From Proteobacteria bacterium UBA4457 (GTDB lineage: Bacteria > Pseudomonadota > Gammaproteobacteria > Ga0077536), in the NCBI GenBank assembly GCA_002390205.1, contig DGOV01000019.1, positions 11,802-75,801 of the forward strand: 64,000 nt of DNA, in the 5' to 3' direction. Of the stretch, positions 62,623 through 64,000 are shown piece after piece (positions within the stretch are counted from its first letter, which is position 1; every line of letters begins with the position of its first letter). A program made the position numbers and the translations under genes. The notes beneath the pieces are model-generated. The model was not told the DNA's origin. It ran no database searches and was given only the letters and a program-made list of their open reading frames with translations.

Positions 62623-64000
62623 ATGTCTAACGTTAAAGATAGTTCTACTGAGGCGCAATTAATTGCGCAGCGCCGAGAAAAGCTAGAGCAGCTCAGAGAG
62701 AGAACTGGGAACCCATATCGTAACGATTACAAAAGAGACGCGTTAGCCTCTGAATTACAAGAACGCTTTAAGGATAGTACCGCGGAGCAGCTTGTTGAAG
62801 AGGGACACGTAGCAACTGTTGCAGGACGTATGATGACGCAACGAGTGATGGGTAAAGCCTCATTTGCTCATGTCAAAGATATGAGCGGTGCCATTCAATT
62901 ATATGTTAAGCGGGACTCGTTACCTGATGGAGTTTATCCTGATTTCAAGAAATGGGATTTAGGCGACATAGTGGGTGCTAGTGGGGTAATGTTTCGGACA
63001 CAAAAAGGTGAGCTATCAATAATGGTCGATCGGCTTGAATTGATTACGAAAGCCTTACGTCCATTGCCGGAAAAATGGCATGGCCTCACTGATATAGAGG
63101 CACGATATAGACAGAGATATTTAGATTTAATAATGAATGATTCCACGCGTAGAACGTTTCAAACGCGAACTCGAATAATTAACTTTGTGCGTGACTTTCT
63201 GAATGATAGAAATTTTTTAGAAGTTGAAACACCTATGATGCACCCTGTTCCCGGTGGTGCTGCGGCGCGGCCATTTGTTACGCATCACAATAGTCTTGAA
63301 ATGGAACTCTACTTAAGAGTTGCTCCTGAGCTGTATCTAAAACGTTTGGTGGTTGGTGGATTTGAAAAAGTGTATGAGATAAATCGAAACTTTAGAAATG
63401 AGGGCTTGTCCACACGTCATAATCCTGAGTTCACGATGATTGAGTTTTATGAAGCCTACGCCAATTATGAAGACTTGATGGTTCTGACAGAAGATATGCT
63501 GAAGGGGTTGGCGATGGAGCTCTTTGGTAGCTATGAGGTCGAATATCAGGGAGTTTCCTATGATTTCGGTCAACCATTTGAACGATTGACAGTTACCGGT
63601 GCCATTCTTGCTTACAATCCTGAGTTAGAAGCTACCGATGTTTCTGATTGCGAAACTGCTCGAACGTACGCTAAAGGCTTGGGGATCAAGTTAGAAGATT
63701 CTTATGGCCTGGGAAAGATATTGATAGAGATCTTTGAAAAAACTGTAGAGCCTAAGTTAGAAGGACCAATCTTCATTACACATTACCCTGCCGAAGTCTC
63801 CCCATTGGCAAGACGCAATGATGATGACCCGTTTGTGACGGATCGTTTTGAATTCTTCGTCGCTGGGCGTGAGATTGCCAATGGGTTTTCCGAACTTAAT
63901 GATCCTGATGACCAAAGTCAGAGATTCAAAGATCAGGTTTCTGCAAAAGAATCAGGCGACTTGGAGGCCATGCATTACGACGAAGATTATGTGACTGCTC
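62623..64000 (+). CDS. lysS: Lysyl-tRNA synthetase (class II), 3' truncated by window edge
   Basis: [63 protein letters not shown]; follows prfB. Confidence 0.96.
   Translation, partial: MSNVKDSSTEAQLIAQRREKLEQLRERTGNPYRNDYKRDALASELQERFKDSTAEQLVEEGHVATVAGRMMTQRVMGKASFAHVKDMSGAIQLYVKRDSLPDGVYPDFKKWDLGDIVGASGVMFRTQKGELSIMVDRLELITKALRPLPEKWHGLTDIEARYRQRYLDLIMNDSTRRTFQTRTRIINFVRDFLNDRNFLEVETPMMHPVPGGAAARPFVTHHNSLEMELYLRVAPELYLKRLVVGGFEKVYEINRNFRNEGLSTRHNPEFTMIEFYEAYANYEDLMVLTEDMLKGLAMELFGSYEVEYQGVSYDFGQPFERLTVTGAILAYNPELEATDVSDCETARTYAKGLGIKLEDSYGLGKILIEIFEKTVEPKLEGPIFITHYPAEVSPLARRNDDDPFVTDRFEFFVAGREIANGFSELNDPDDQSQRFKDQVSAKESGDLEAMHYDEDYVTA

Noticed and set aside
1..64000. CRISPR arrays, IS elements, integrases, prophage or defence systems
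   Set aside because: No spaced repeats, terminal inverted repeats or relevant protein motifs seen; nearly all sequence is accounted for by the listed genes

Overview
Gene-dense chromosomal window that looks gammaproteobacterial (inferred from the gmk-rpoZ-spoT-ridA-recG, yicC/rph-rdgB-hemW and recJ-prfB-lysS synteny and from nhaB and yhdP). I found no tRNA/rRNA, CRISPR array, transposase, integrase or prophage. About 31-64 kb is core housekeeping. About 1-31 kb is mostly accessory catabolic and redox genes: a GcvT-family amine dehydrogenase, a Tat-signal DUF1329-like protein, actinobacterial-type putative F420-dependent enzymes, a cobalt nitrile hydratase-amidase operon, a cytochrome b/c' pair, a DUF62 SAM hydrolase and a CoA-transferase. 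The best candidate for an uncharacterised system is at 17.3-23.2 kb. It is a two-gene hydantoinase/oxoprolinase/acetone-carboxylase-superfamily enzyme whose B subunit carries a fused C-terminal Cys4 (acetone carboxylase gamma-like) domain, transcribed divergently from a TetR regulator and a crotonase, with a perfect 42-bp palindrome in between. Features the ORF track misses: the prfB +1 frameshift, lysS, a 31-aa membrane peptide upstream of a short PuuD-like gene, and a decayed old-yellow-enzyme gene remnant. All family calls come from motifs recognised by eye, not from database searches.
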